The notes under the pieces: generated by a model
Told to the model about the DNA's origin: nothing
Database searches by the model: none
What the model saw: only the letters and a program-made list of their open reading frames with translations
In this document: positions 30,523-41,055 of the stretch, in pieces
How the letters are laid out: every line of letters begins with the position of its first letter
Numbering within the stretch: the stretch's first letter is position 1
Origin: an uncultured delta proteobacterium
Lineage (GTDB): Bacteria; Desulfobacterota; Binatia; UBA9968
Direction of reading: 5' to 3'
Assembly: GCA_963745835.1 (NCBI GenBank)
Contig: CAVUZH010000018.1
Span: 256,001-320,000 of the forward strand
DNA: 64,000 bases
Made by a program: the position numbers and the translations under genes

Positions 30523-31344
30523 TCAAGTTCCGTCCACAATTCGAGTTCCTGCTGGTCTACACCGTCACTCTGGGGTTGCTTGCGCTCATCCTTGCTCCCA
30601 TGATCGTCGTTATTCTCGGTTCTTTTTTAAACATGGGGCTCCTCGGAATCACTAGCGACCAATGGTCCGCCGCGCGCCACCAGCTGGTCAGCTTGGACGC
30701 GTTTACATACCTGTTCAGCGTCTATTGGGAGTGGATGTTGTTTAGCATGGAATTGGCGCTGCATATCGGTGATCCTCTGTGTAGTCGTCGCTGTTCCGGC
30801 CGGTTATGCATTGGTTCAACATCCGTTTAGAGGCAGCCGTTTGATCGAAGAGCTCCTTCTCCTGCCTTTGTCGCTGCCCGGCATTGCCATGTCGATCGCT
30901 TTGATCGCCGCCTACAACACGGTTCGCGGCAGGTGGCTGGTCCTGGGCGGCCATTTTCTCTATACGATGCCTTTCATGGTTCGTGTCGTGACCGGAACAC
31001 TGCGCAGCTTCGATGTCACGCTTCTGGAAGCGGCGGCGCAAACTTTGGGCGCCGGTTTCTGGCAACGCATGTGGCATGTGATTCTGCCCCACCTGCGCCA
31101 TTCGCTGGTTCTGGGATCGCTGTTGGTTTTTGCCGTTTCATGGGGCGAATTCAACGTCAGCTACCTTTTGAATGCCGGCCACCCGCAGACCTTTCCAGCA
31201 GCGGTTTTCAACACCTATGCCAATGAAAGCTTTCAACGCTCAAGCGCGGCCACAGTGATTTTTCTCGCAGTCGTGATCCCCATCGTGATCGCCATCCAGT
31301 GGCTTGGCGGCAAATCTTCGGTGGATGTGGAGCAGGGCGCGTGA
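30519..31344 (+). pseudogene. ABC permease 2, frameshifted near 30762
   Basis: ...FSMELAL / ISVILCVVVAVPAGYAL...; EAAAQTLGA loop. Confidence 0.8.
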
Positions 31345-32402
31345 GCACTCGAATCGAAACCAGGAAACTGTGCAAACGCTATGGTTCGATCGTCGCGGTG
31401 GAGGAGTTCTCTCATATTTTCGCGCCGGGAAGAGTGACCACGATTCTCGGGCCGAGCGGATCGGGAAAAAGCACCACATTGGAGATGCTCGCCGGTCTGG
31501 TCGATCCGGATGCCGGGCGGGTTTACTGCAACGGCGATGACATCACGGAGCTGCCCGCCGATCGCAGAAATTTTGGCATGGTGTTTCAAAGCTACGCGCT
31601 CTTTCCGCATATGACGGTGCTGGAAAATGTCGAGTTCGGATTGCGTGTGCGCCGGATTGAGCTGAGGGAACGGCGCCATCGCGCTGCCCGAGTCCTGGAA
31701 ATGCTTCAGATCGGGCGGTTGGCCGATCGGCGCATACGGCAAATTTCCGGCGGCGAGCAGCAGCGCGTCGCGGTGGCGCGGGCCTTGGCGTTCAATCCGC
31801 AGGTTTTGTTGATGGATGAACCGCTTTCGGCGCTCGACGCCAGATTGCGCGAAACTCTCCGCACCGAGCTCTTTCGCTTGCTCGCCGACCTCGGCGTGAC
31901 AACGATCTATGTCACGCACGATCAGATCGAAGCCATGAGCCTGGGTTATGAACTGATCATTATGAATGCCGGGCGCATCGAACAAGCCGGGCACCCGTTT
32001 GAGGTTTACTCGCAACCAGCCAATACATTTGTCGCTAATTTTTTCGGTTCGACCAACCTGCTCGAGGGCGAGTGCATCGAGCACGACGGCGCGCGCCGGC
32101 TGCGGCTGCCGTTTGCCTGGATGGATGTTTCCGGCGAGACACCCCTCGGGCAGTGCTGGGCGGTCATTCGTCCTGAAGACATGGAGATCACCGACGGCGG
32201 CGGCGAACATTTTTTTGCCGAGTTCGAGTCGTCGGTATTTTTGGGAAACCACGTTCGATTGTTTTTGCGTGCCGGGGAGCAGCGCATTATCGTCGATGTG
32301 CCGAACGACGTCTTGCGCCATTCACGGCGCAATTGGCCGGTGCAGATCAAAACCTCGAAGATCTGCGTTCTCGCCAAGGAAAACCCAACGCCATGGAACT
32401 GA
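31341..32402 (+). CDS. ABC ATPase (PotA/FbpC type)
   Basis: GPSGSGKST, ISGGEQQRVA, LLMDEP, YVTHDQ. Confidence 0.95.
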   Translation: MSTRIETRKLCKRYGSIVAVEEFSHIFAPGRVTTILGPSGSGKSTTLEMLAGLVDPDAGRVYCNGDDITELPADRRNFGMVFQSYALFPHMTVLENVEFGLRVRRIELRERRHRAARVLEMLQIGRLADRRIRQISGGEQQRVAVARALAFNPQVLLMDEPLSALDARLRETLRTELFRLLADLGVTTIYVTHDQIEAMSLGYELIIMNAGRIEQAGHPFEVYSQPANTFVANFFGSTNLLEGECIEHDGARRLRLPFAWMDVSGETPLGQCWAVIRPEDMEITDGGGEHFFAEFESSVFLGNHVRLFLRAGEQRIIVDVPNDVLRHSRRNWPVQIKTSKICVLAKENPTPWN

Positions 32403-32528
32403 CGCTTGCCCGGCGTCGTGTTTGATCGTTGACCGCCTCACTGCCCAACGTATGAATCTAAACTCCACGTCGAGTCATCTAAATAAAGCTCAACAGACGC
32501 GCGGCCGTCTCGTGACGTTAGGTCCGGT

Positions 32529-34778
32529 ATGAAAATCGGTAAAATTCTGCTGGCTACTCTGCTTATTGCGGGCGCAATCATCGCAATCTTTCTCCTGCCT
32601 GTGCGCCAGTGGTTCGTGCATTTCGAAAGCTATGTGCAATCGCTCGGCGCCATCGCGCCGGTGGTGGTGGTGCTAGCCTACATCCTGTCCACGGTGCTGT
32701 TTATTCCGGGAAGCGCGCTGACCATCGGTTCGGGAACTCTCTTTGGCTTAGCCACGGGCTTTGCCGTGGTATTCCTGGGCGCCAACTTGGGCGCGCTGTG
32801 TTCATTTTTATTGGCCCGAACCTTGTTGCGAGATAAAGTCGCGAACTGGGCGGCGGCTAATCCAAAATTCCGCTCCCTCGATCAGGCGATCGGCAAGCAG
32901 GGCTTCAAGATGGTCCTGCTCACGCGTCTGAGCCCGGTGTTTCCCTTCGTCCTATTGAATTACTTTCTCGGGCTCACTGCGGTGCGCACCGCTCCCTATG
33001 TTCTGGCCAACCTCATCGGCATGCTGCCGGCAACTTTCCTTTTTGTTTACATCGGCGCGGCGGCGCGGGATGCTCTTGCCGGTCAGACGGACGCTTCGGC
33101 CGGCTTCTACCAGCAAATTTTGAAAGTCGTCGGATTGCTGGCGACAGTCGCGGTCGTGGTTGTCGTCACGCGAATCGCGCGCAAAGCGTTGCGCGAAGCC
33201 GAGCAGGAACAGGAAGGCGATACGGCTCGAAAGCCGCATCTCGATGCCAGCCACCAGCCAGCATCTTTTGAAAAGATGATGCTCGTCGATGACGAGCACG
33301 ACCGGCGGCTCATAGAAAACTGTCATCCACCCCGATGGGTCAACCCCGCACCTGCCGCGAAGTATAATCTAGTCGTCATTGGCGCGGGCACTGCCGGACT
33401 GGTCAGCGCCGCCGGCGCCGCGGGACTTGGCGCCAAGGTCGCTTTGATCGAGCGCAATCTCCTGGGCGGAGATTGTCTGAACGTCGGTTGCGTGCCGTCG
33501 AAAGGGACGATCCGGGCGGCGCGCGCGGCGCATGATGCGCGCGATGCGTCGAGATTCGGCGTGGAGATTGCCTGTGAGCCGCAGGTTGTATTTGCCGCCG
33601 CCATGGAGCGCATGCGCAAGCTTCGCGCCGCCATCAGCGATCACGATTCCGCCGAGCGCTTCCGCAAGCTCGGCGTGGATGTATTCATCGGCAGCGCTCG
33701 CTTTGCCGGGACGTCATCGGTAGACGTGGACGGCAAGCGCCTTCATTTTAACCGCGCCGTCATCGCCAGCGGCGCCAGGGCGGCGGAACTGCCGGTTCCA
33801 GGGCTTGTGGAAGCCGGTTATCTTACTAATGAAACTGTTTTCACGTTGACGGAATTGCCGAGGCGAATTGTCGTCATCGGCGCCGGCCCGATCGGTTGCG
33901 AATTGGCGCAGGCATTCGCCCGCTTCGGTAGCGAGGCGACACTGCTGACCGACGGCGCCGAGATATTGCCCAGAGAAGATCGCGACGCCGCGCGGATCGT
34001 ACGCAAGCGGATGGAAGAGGACGGTGTCGGTATCGTTACAGGAGCGAGGATTCAGCGCGCCGCCAAAAATGGCAATGAAAAGATCCTCATTGCTACCATC
34101 GAGGAGGTGACAACCGAACTCCGTTGCGACGCCATCCTGGTTGCGGTCGGCCGCACACCCAATCTGGAGGGACTCGATCTGGAAGCAGCCGGAATAAGCT
34201 ACACCGCGCGAGGAGTCGAAGTCGATGCCCGGCTGCGCACTTCGAATCCGCGCGTATTCGCCGCCGGCGATATCTGCTCGCGCTTCAAGTTCACTCATGC
34301 CGCCGACGCCATGGCGCGTATCGTCATAGCGAATGCGTTATTTTTGGCACGGCGCAAAGTGACCGATCTTACCATGCCGTGGTGCACATACACCGATCCC
34401 GAGATCGCCCATGTTGGTTACTACGAGAAGGATGCCAAAGCGGCGGGTTTCGATGTCGCGACGATTACCGAGTCGCTGGACCGTGTGGACCGCGCGATTC
34501 TTGACGGTGAGGAGGATGGTTTCGCGCGGGTTCACTACGACAAGAAAACCGGCAAAATTTTGGGCGGCACCATCGTCGCTCGCCATGCCGGCGAAATGAT
34601 CGGCGAATTGACCTTGGCCCTTGTGGCAAAACAAAGCGTCGGAGTTTTGTCCTCGACCATTCATTCGTATCCGACTCAGGCCGAGGCGTTGCGCAAGATC
34701 GGCGATGCCTACATGCGCGCCAAATTGACTCCGAGAGTCAAAAAGATTTTCGAGACATGGCTGGCGTGGCGGAGATGA
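32529..34778 (+). CDS. TVP38/DedA (VTT) membrane domain fused to a MerA/LpdA-like flavoprotein disulfide reductase
   Basis: RLSPVFPF..LNY DedA motif; GAGTAG, GGDCLNVGCVPSK, GAGPIGCE, HSYPTQAE. Confidence 0.9.
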   Translation: MKIGKILLATLLIAGAIIAIFLLPVRQWFVHFESYVQSLGAIAPVVVVLAYILSTVLFIPGSALTIGSGTLFGLATGFAVVFLGANLGALCSFLLARTLLRDKVANWAAANPKFRSLDQAIGKQGFKMVLLTRLSPVFPFVLLNYFLGLTAVRTAPYVLANLIGMLPATFLFVYIGAAARDALAGQTDASAGFYQQILKVVGLLATVAVVVVVTRIARKALREAEQEQEGDTARKPHLDASHQPASFEKMMLVDDEHDRRLIENCHPPRWVNPAPAAKYNLVVIGAGTAGLVSAAGAAGLGAKVALIERNLLGGDCLNVGCVPSKGTIRAARAAHDARDASRFGVEIACEPQVVFAAAMERMRKLRAAISDHDSAERFRKLGVDVFIGSARFAGTSSVDVDGKRLHFNRAVIASGARAAELPVPGLVEAGYLTNETVFTLTELPRRIVVIGAGPIGCELAQAFARFGSEATLLTDGAEILPREDRDAARIVRKRMEEDGVGIVTGARIQRAAKNGNEKILIATIEEVTTELRCDAILVAVGRTPNLEGLDLEAAGISYTARGVEVDARLRTSNPRVFAAGDICSRFKFTHAADAMARIVIANALFLARRKVTDLTMPWCTYTDPEIAHVGYYEKDAKAAGFDVATITESLDRVDRAILDGEEDGFARVHYDKKTGKILGGTIVARHAGEMIGELTLALVAKQSVGVLSSTIHSYPTQAEALRKIGDAYMRAKLTPRVKKIFETWLAWRR

Positions 34779-34785
34779 AGGCCAT

Positions 34786-35631
34786 ATGAAAGTTTTTGCA
34801 GAGGGTCTGTTGCGGTTTCAATCTAAACTCGGTGTTTTCGCGCTCCTGGCAATCTTCGGCGCGCCTCAGGCCGACCTCTGGCCGAAGTGGCAAAAGCACG
34901 ATCCCGCCAGTGCGCAGAAGATCGACCACAGCGCTTGGGATAAATGGCTCAAGAAATATCTCGTGGCGCCGCATCCTTCGGGCGTCAATCGAGTGCGTTA
35001 CGGCTCGGTGGCGCCCGAGGATCGAAAGGCGCTAAAGAGCTATCTGGAAGATCTCCAAAGCTTGCCGATTTCCGCATATAATGAAGCGGAGCAAAAGGCG
35101 TACTGGATCAATCTCTACAACGCACTGACGGTGGAGGTGATTCTGTCCCATTATCCGGTTGAATCCATCAGGAGCATCGGCATCTCTCCCGGATTGTTCA
35201 GCCGGGGACCCTGGGATGCCAAACTAGCAACCATCGAGAGAGAAAAGCTTTCCCTTAACGACATCGAGCATCGCATACTGCGTCCGATCTGGAAGGATGC
35301 GCGAGTGCACTATGCGGTCAATTGCGCTAGTCTCGGTTGCCCAAATCTCCAGCTCGTGGCCTATACCGGTGAAAATACGGAAGCGGTGCTTGAAAAAGGC
35401 GCCGGCGAGTATATCAACCACCCGAGGGGCGTCGCCATTAAAAACGGCAAGCTCCAAGTCTCCAGCATCTACGACTGGTTCAAGGATGATTTCGGCGCCA
35501 GCCGCGATCGGCTATTGGAACACTGGCTGAAATATGCAGACGGAAATTTGGCCGGCGCACTCAAGAGCTACAAAGGCAGCCTGGCTTACGGATATGATTG
35601 GAGTCTCAACGACGCGGAGGTTAAACCCTAA
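34786..35631 (+). CDS. DUF547 protein
   Basis: AYWINLYNA, LNDIEHRILR, VHYAVNCASLGCP. Confidence 0.92.
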   Translation: MKVFAEGLLRFQSKLGVFALLAIFGAPQADLWPKWQKHDPASAQKIDHSAWDKWLKKYLVAPHPSGVNRVRYGSVAPEDRKALKSYLEDLQSLPISAYNEAEQKAYWINLYNALTVEVILSHYPVESIRSIGISPGLFSRGPWDAKLATIEREKLSLNDIEHRILRPIWKDARVHYAVNCASLGCPNLQLVAYTGENTEAVLEKGAGEYINHPRGVAIKNGKLQVSSIYDWFKDDFGASRDRLLEHWLKYADGNLAGALKSYKGSLAYGYDWSLNDAEVKP

Positions 35632-35802
35632 CCAATGCGGAGCCAGACGTTAGAGAACGCAGCAGAGCCGCAATCAAAGGAAATGCAACCACCAGCCTTG
35701 TCATCACGAAGGTCTCGGATCCCCCCACCTCTTTCCTCCTCCGCGTCACGGGCAGGATGAAAGAGGGAGAAGTTTCGAATCGCATAGGAACTAGCCCTTG
35801 AG

Positions 35803-36480
35803 ATGGACATTTCCGTCGTCATTCCTGTCTTAAACGAAGAAAAGACCATCGCTGCAAATTTAACTGCATTGATGCCGTTGCGGCCGCACCAAGTAATCGT
35901 CGTTGATGGCTGTAGTAGAGACCGCACTCGCGAGATCAGCGCGCAAATGGGTGCCGTGGTCGTTACCGGAGCGCCGGGCCGCGCACGCCAGATGAACTGC
36001 GGCGCTGGACAAGCCACCGGCGATCTTCTGCTGTTTTTACATGCGGACACTCGTTTACCGCCCGGGGCTTTCGATGACATTGTTGCGGCTTTACAAGACC
36101 GCCGTTATCTGGGCGGTCGTTTCGATGTCGATCTGGACGGCGATCACTGGCTGTTGAAAGTGATCGGCGCCATGATCAACCAGCGCTCGCGTATTACCAA
36201 AGTAGCCACCGGCGATCAGGCGATTTTCGTTCGGCGCGATGTGTTTGCCCGTATGGGCGGTTTTCCGGATATTCCGTTGATGGAAGATATTGCCTTTTGT
36301 CGCGCGCTGAAACGGCTGGGCAGGATCGCCTGCTTGCGCAGCAAGGTCCTCACTTCCGCGCGCCGCTGGGAAACCGAAGGGGTATGGCGAACCGTCATTA
36401 AAATGTGGACTTTGAAGCTCCTCTACTTTGCCGGCGTCTCGCCCGTTAAATTGAAGCGTTTTTATGCCGACACCCGGTAA
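35803..36480 (+). CDS. GT2 glycosyltransferase (TIGR04283 type)
   Basis: ISVVIPVLNE, GRARQMN, LFLHADT, GDQAIFVRR, PLMEDI, TSARRW. Confidence 0.92.
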   Translation: MDISVVIPVLNEEKTIAANLTALMPLRPHQVIVVDGCSRDRTREISAQMGAVVVTGAPGRARQMNCGAGQATGDLLLFLHADTRLPPGAFDDIVAALQDRRYLGGRFDVDLDGDHWLLKVIGAMINQRSRITKVATGDQAIFVRRDVFARMGGFPDIPLMEDIAFCRALKRLGRIACLRSKVLTSARRWETEGVWRTVIKMWTLKLLYFAGVSPVKLKRFYADTR

Positions 36481-37168
36481 CGCACTGGCCGTCATGGCGA
36501 AAGCGCCGATACCGGGCACGGTAAAAACAAGGCTGGCGCCACCACTGACGCAAGAGCAAGCGGCCGAGTTGTACCATGCGTTGTTGTTGGATCAACTACA
36601 ACATCTGAATTCGCTCGAAGCCGCCGATTTGTACGTGGCCTTTACGCCGAGCGCCGCGATGCCGCTAATTGCGAGCATTGCGCCGGCAGGCTACCGCTGT
36701 TTCGCCCAATGCGGCGGCGATTTGGGCGAGCGCATGAACGAAGTCTTTGCCGAGCTCTGGCGGCGTGGTCATGGCAGTTTGATTGTGATCGGCAGCGACC
36801 TGCCGCCGGTGCCGCTGGATACGTTTCGTTTGGCCTTCGCGCAATTATCGGCCGACGGGAAACGGGTCGTGTTAGGGCCGAGCCGCGACGGCGGTTATTA
36901 CCTGATCGGCATGAATCAGCCGGTGCCTGAGATGTTTTCCGGCATGACCTGGAGCGATGAGCACGTCTTAGAGGCGACGACCGATAGGTTGACGCAGCTC
37001 GGTATCGATTTCGGATTGCTGCCTGAGTGGTTCGACGTCGACACGGTCGAGGACCTCGACAGCTTGCGGGCGATCAGCGATCTCAGTGTGCGCGATTCCA
37101 TGCAAAGAACTCTCGCTAGTCTTCAGCGGATCGACAGCATCGGCTGCTCATCCGGATCCGTTTGCTAA
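36464..37168 (+). CDS. TIGR04282/DUF2064 transferase
   Basis: MAKAPIPGTVKTRL, DLGERM, IGSDLP, VLGPSRDGGYYLIG, DVDTVEDL. Confidence 0.92.
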   Translation: MPTPGNALAVMAKAPIPGTVKTRLAPPLTQEQAAELYHALLLDQLQHLNSLEAADLYVAFTPSAAMPLIASIAPAGYRCFAQCGGDLGERMNEVFAELWRRGHGSLIVIGSDLPPVPLDTFRLAFAQLSADGKRVVLGPSRDGGYYLIGMNQPVPEMFSGMTWSDEHVLEATTDRLTQLGIDFGLLPEWFDVDTVEDLDSLRAISDLSVRDSMQRTLASLQRIDSIGCSSGSVC

Positions 37169-38225
37169 CTTCTCGTGGGCTTCTTCAATTGCCGTTCGGC
37201 TGCGTGATCTTAGCTGTCAGCCTGCGAGCATCTCGCGGCAATCCAAATTCAGGATCGCACCTGGGTTCCTGCTCGAAGCATGCGGAATGCCGGACCTCTC
37301 ACAACCGTCGAATCGCGTGACGACAATCTAGGAGTGCGTTGAGCAAATTTAAAAACCCCCCTACAAGCCGGTGATTAATGGCTGATTGGACGGCCAGCGA
37401 AAGAGGGCACACCGAATCGCGTGGCTTTAACGATAACCGCCGGCCACCGTCATTCTCTTGCCCGTCACCCATCCAGCGTCTTCGGAGGCCAGGAACACCG
37501 CGACCCGCGCGATATCCTCCGGCTGCCCAAATCGTCCCAGAAACGATTGTGCCCGATTGGATTGCGCATGCTCGTCTCTCACACAAGCCAATATTTTGGC
37601 ATTTGCCGATGGGCCGACAAGCCCTCTTTTCGTCGCGTCTTATTTGCTTGAGACGTGCGGCGTGTAATGCTACCGATGGGTCGTCACTTATAGATCATCT
37701 AACCCCGATGCAGCCTGGCACGATCGTTGTCATTGCTATCCGCAAAAGCAGAGAAGGGTGGAGGATCTAATGAAGGTCGACAGTTATTTTTAGCAGCGTT
37801 TCTTCTCATCGGAACTGACCCTGGCACGCGCAGCCGTTCAAGGTGTAGAGCCGGCGCTTTGTTCAACAGCGATTGAGTACGGTTCTGCTGCTGTGAACCT
37901 GTTAGCGAAGTGGCTGAAAGCGAGCGGGAAGTTGTGATTTCATCGGTTTAGTGACGTGAAATCCAAATTTGAAAGAAGAGGGATGGTGAAATTCACAACC
38001 AAAGGCGGTCTTGATCTGCAGCAGGAAGTGGCCAAGTTGGCGAACGGACGCTTCGCTTTTTCGGGTTCATTAGAAAAAAAGTGCGCGTAAGTTGGGCACA
38101 GTTATCTGGAGGAGATGAAACCCTGACGAGGAGAAATGCAAGTCCTTCGTCATTCAGAATACTGACAAGGAATCACAGTCAAGACGGGGTCGCATAGTCA
38201 ACAATACCGAGAAGGAGACGCCATA

Positions 38226-38657
38226 ATGAAGCACGCAACTCATCGTCGGTCCATGAGAGCTCAGTACCTCGTATTAACCCTGCTCCTGAGTGTTGGTCTA
38301 TGTCTCATATCCGCCACGCTGATGGCTCAGGAGGTTAAGGTCACGTCGCTCATGTCAAAGATTATGAAGGATGTCTCTGGCAAGGAAGGTCTGCTGATCA
38401 CAGTAGAGTATCCGCCCGGCGGATCGGACCCTGTTCACCGTCACAATGCCCATGCATTTGTATACGTGCTGGAGGGTTCCATAGTGATGCAAGTCAAGGG
38501 CGGAAAACAAGTCACGCTTACGCCAGGACAGACGTTTTATGAGGGCTCCAACGATGTTCATATCGTTGGTCGGAACGCAAGCAATACTGAGCCAGCAAAA
38601 TTCCTTGTGTTCTTGGTCAAGGACAATGGCGCTCCAGTTCTCATACCAGTGAAGTGA
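38226..38657 (+). CDS. Secreted cupin protein
   Basis: VEYPPGGSDPVHRH, YVLEGS, TFYEGSNDVH. Confidence 0.9.
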   Translation: MKHATHRRSMRAQYLVLTLLLSVGLCLISATLMAQEVKVTSLMSKIMKDVSGKEGLLITVEYPPGGSDPVHRHNAHAFVYVLEGSIVMQVKGGKQVTLTPGQTFYEGSNDVHIVGRNASNTEPAKFLVFLVKDNGAPVLIPVK

Positions 38658-38773
38658 CTATGGGAGCGCCTTCTCCCGCGTTCTCCGTTACCGCCGACAG
38701 AGCGCTGGAAACACGCACGATCAACAACTGCTATGGTTCAACAAACAGAAACTCGATGTGAAGGAGGATAACA

Positions 38774-39595
38774 ATGTCTACAATCACGACCAGTGACGGC
38801 ACAGAAATCTATTACAAGGAATGGGGCAAGGGCCCAGTGGTAACGTTCTCCCACGGATGGCCCTTGAGTTCTGATGCTTGGGACGGCCAAATGCTGTTTC
38901 TCGCGCAGAACGGATATAGAGTCGTCGCGCATGACCGTCGTGGCCATGGCCGATCAAGCCAGGCCTCTTCGGGAAATGACATGAATGGTTATGCCGATGA
39001 TCTTGCGGCCATTATCGAAGCGCTTGATCTGCGGAACGCCACTCTGATCGGTCACTCAACAGGAGGCGGAGAGGTCACGCGATATATCGGTCGTCATGGA
39101 TCGAAGCGTGTCGCCAAAGTGGTTCTTATCGCTGCAGTGCCGCCGATCATGCTAAAGACCCCAGCGAATCCAGAGGGGCTCCCCATGGAAGTTTTCGATG
39201 GTTTACGCGCAGGCTTACTCAAGGATCGATCCCAATTCTACAAGGACTTGGCAATTCAGTTCTATGGCGCTAACCGACCCGGCGCAACAGTCTCCCAGGG
39301 CACACTGGATCAATTCTGGCTTTGGAGCATGCAAGCAGGGCTGAAGAACGCGTGTGAATCGATCAAGGCATTCTCCGAGACCGACTTCACTGAGGACCTT
39401 AAGAGGATTGATGTTCCAGCGCTAGTGTTGCACGGCGAGGATGACCAGATCGTTCCTGTTAAGGATTCGGCAAAGAAGTCGGCGAAGCTTATAAAGGGCG
39501 CAAAGGAAATTTATTATCCCGGAGCGCCGCACGGAATAACGGCTACACATCAGGATCAGGTCAATTTCGACCTTTTGGAATTTCTCCGGTCTTGA
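38774..39595 (+). CDS. Non-heme chloroperoxidase/perhydrolase (alpha/beta hydrolase)
   Basis: [36 protein letters not shown]. Confidence 0.92.
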   Translation: MSTITTSDGTEIYYKEWGKGPVVTFSHGWPLSSDAWDGQMLFLAQNGYRVVAHDRRGHGRSSQASSGNDMNGYADDLAAIIEALDLRNATLIGHSTGGGEVTRYIGRHGSKRVAKVVLIAAVPPIMLKTPANPEGLPMEVFDGLRAGLLKDRSQFYKDLAIQFYGANRPGATVSQGTLDQFWLWSMQAGLKNACESIKAFSETDFTEDLKRIDVPALVLHGEDDQIVPVKDSAKKSAKLIKGAKEIYYPGAPHGITATHQDQVNFDLLEFLRS

Positions 39596-39609
39596 GAGGA
39601 GATCCCGTG

Positions 39610-39766
39610 GAACTCGTCCGGCGAGGTCTATCCGCACGCAAGGATCCGCGCGAGGTTGCCGCTGACCCGCACGCGCTACCACTGCGTGGAGCTAAGCGAG
39701 AGCACACTCGTTTCTGGCGATGCCGCGCGACTCGGCGAGACGCGTTTCGAAACCTGGCTCAGTTAG
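39610..39766 (+). pseudogene. C-terminal remnant of an NmrA/SDR paralog
   Basis: ELVRRGLSARKDPREVAADPHA / RYHCVELSESTLVSGDAARLGETRFETWLS* aligns with the end of 40138-40893. Confidence 0.75.
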
Positions 39767-39960
39767 CCCACAGGTTAAATTACGAGTGCGAATCCGCAGC
39801 TACTAACTTGGTGAAGGAGAATCCCATGAACAATATCACGAAGTCCCTTGGAGTAGGGCGCTCAGAAGAGGAGGCAAACATGAGCTTAGGCATTGCCTCA
39901 CACCCTGGTAGACCGGGGACCGGCAGGTGAGCTGTGTCGTTCGGCCTCCCACATCCGCTG

Positions 39961-40023
39961 GCGAAGTTCGTCGTTTTCCTCGTCAAGGACAAGGGCGCTC
40001 CGGTGCTAGTGCCAGTGAAGTGA
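39961..40023 (+). pseudogene. C-terminal remnant of a cupin paralog
   Basis: AKFVVFLVKDKGAPVLVPVK* versus AKFLVFLVKDNGAPVLIPVK* of 38226-38657. Confidence 0.8.
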
Positions 40024-40137
40024 GAGGAGATCCGGTGGAACCGCAGATTTTCGACGAGCGTAGATGAAATAAAATCCGAGTAAAGGTGCCCTTAAACGCT
40101 CGTCCGAATCACGGGCGAGCTATAGAAAGGAGCGCAT

Positions 40138-40893
40138 ATGAAAATCGTAGTTATTGGTGGCAGCGGGTTGATTGGAACGAAACTGGTGAACAAGCTTCGT
40201 GAACGTGATCATGAGGTACTGGCGGCATCACCCTCTTCGGGCGTCAATACCATCACGGGTGAAGGACTGGCTAAAGCGCTTGCCGGCGCTCAGGTTGTCG
40301 TCGATGTGGCGAACTCGCCATCGTGGGAGGACAAGGCGGTTTTGGAGTTCTTCGAGACGTCGGGTCGCAACCTCCTTGCCGCAGAAGCGGCTGCTGGCGT
40401 AAGGCATCACGTTGCGCTGTCGGTCGTCGGCACTGAGCGCCTACTCGAAAGTGGCTATTTCCGCGCGAAGATGGCCCAAGAAGAATTAATCCAGGCTTCC
40501 AAAATTCCCTATACAATCGTTCGTGCGACGCAGTTCTTCGAGTTCGTTAACGGCATCGCCCAAACGGCAACCGAAGGGCAAACGGTTCGATTGCCACCTG
40601 CCCTGATGCAGCCCATCGTGTCGGATGACGTCGCTGCCGCACTGGCCGACATTGCAATCAAGGCGCCGGTGAACGGCATGGTCGAGCTGGCCGGCCCTGA
40701 ACTGATACGTCAGGACGAACTCGTCCGGCGATTCCTGAGCGCAAAGCAGGACGCTCGTCAGGTAGTCACAGACGTCCATGCTCGCTACTACGGCATAGAG
40801 TTGAACGATCAATCGCTCACCCCGGGCGACAACCCGCGCATCGGGCCGACGCGTTTCGAGGACTGGCTCAGCCGTTCCATACCTCAAAGCTAA
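40138..40893 (+). CDS. NmrA-like SDR oxidoreductase
   Basis: MKIVVIGGSGLIG, YFRAK, RATQFFEF. Confidence 0.92.
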   Translation: MKIVVIGGSGLIGTKLVNKLRERDHEVLAASPSSGVNTITGEGLAKALAGAQVVVDVANSPSWEDKAVLEFFETSGRNLLAAEAAAGVRHHVALSVVGTERLLESGYFRAKMAQEELIQASKIPYTIVRATQFFEFVNGIAQTATEGQTVRLPPALMQPIVSDDVAAALADIAIKAPVNGMVELAGPELIRQDELVRRFLSAKQDARQVVTDVHARYYGIELNDQSLTPGDNPRIGPTRFEDWLSRSIPQS

Positions 40894-41055
40894 CTTAACT
40901 AGGTGGGGTCGTCACCCAAGTTAAAAAGCGGAACATGGCGGGCGACGTATTATGGTGTGTGCACGATGCAGTAGTGCAAGCACTTGCAATAAAACAAATA
41001 GAACTGACGATGACTAAGAAGACAGTTTTCAAACAGTCAAAACCGAGAGATTGGT

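Noticed and set aside
16153-32321. Long alternative ORFs such as 16153-17184(+) and 31233-32321(-)
   Set aside because: Antisense shadows of well-supported genes in GC-rich DNA
33300-34778. Mercury resistance gene merA
   Set aside because: No C-terminal Cys-Cys pair, no NmerA domain and no mer genes nearby
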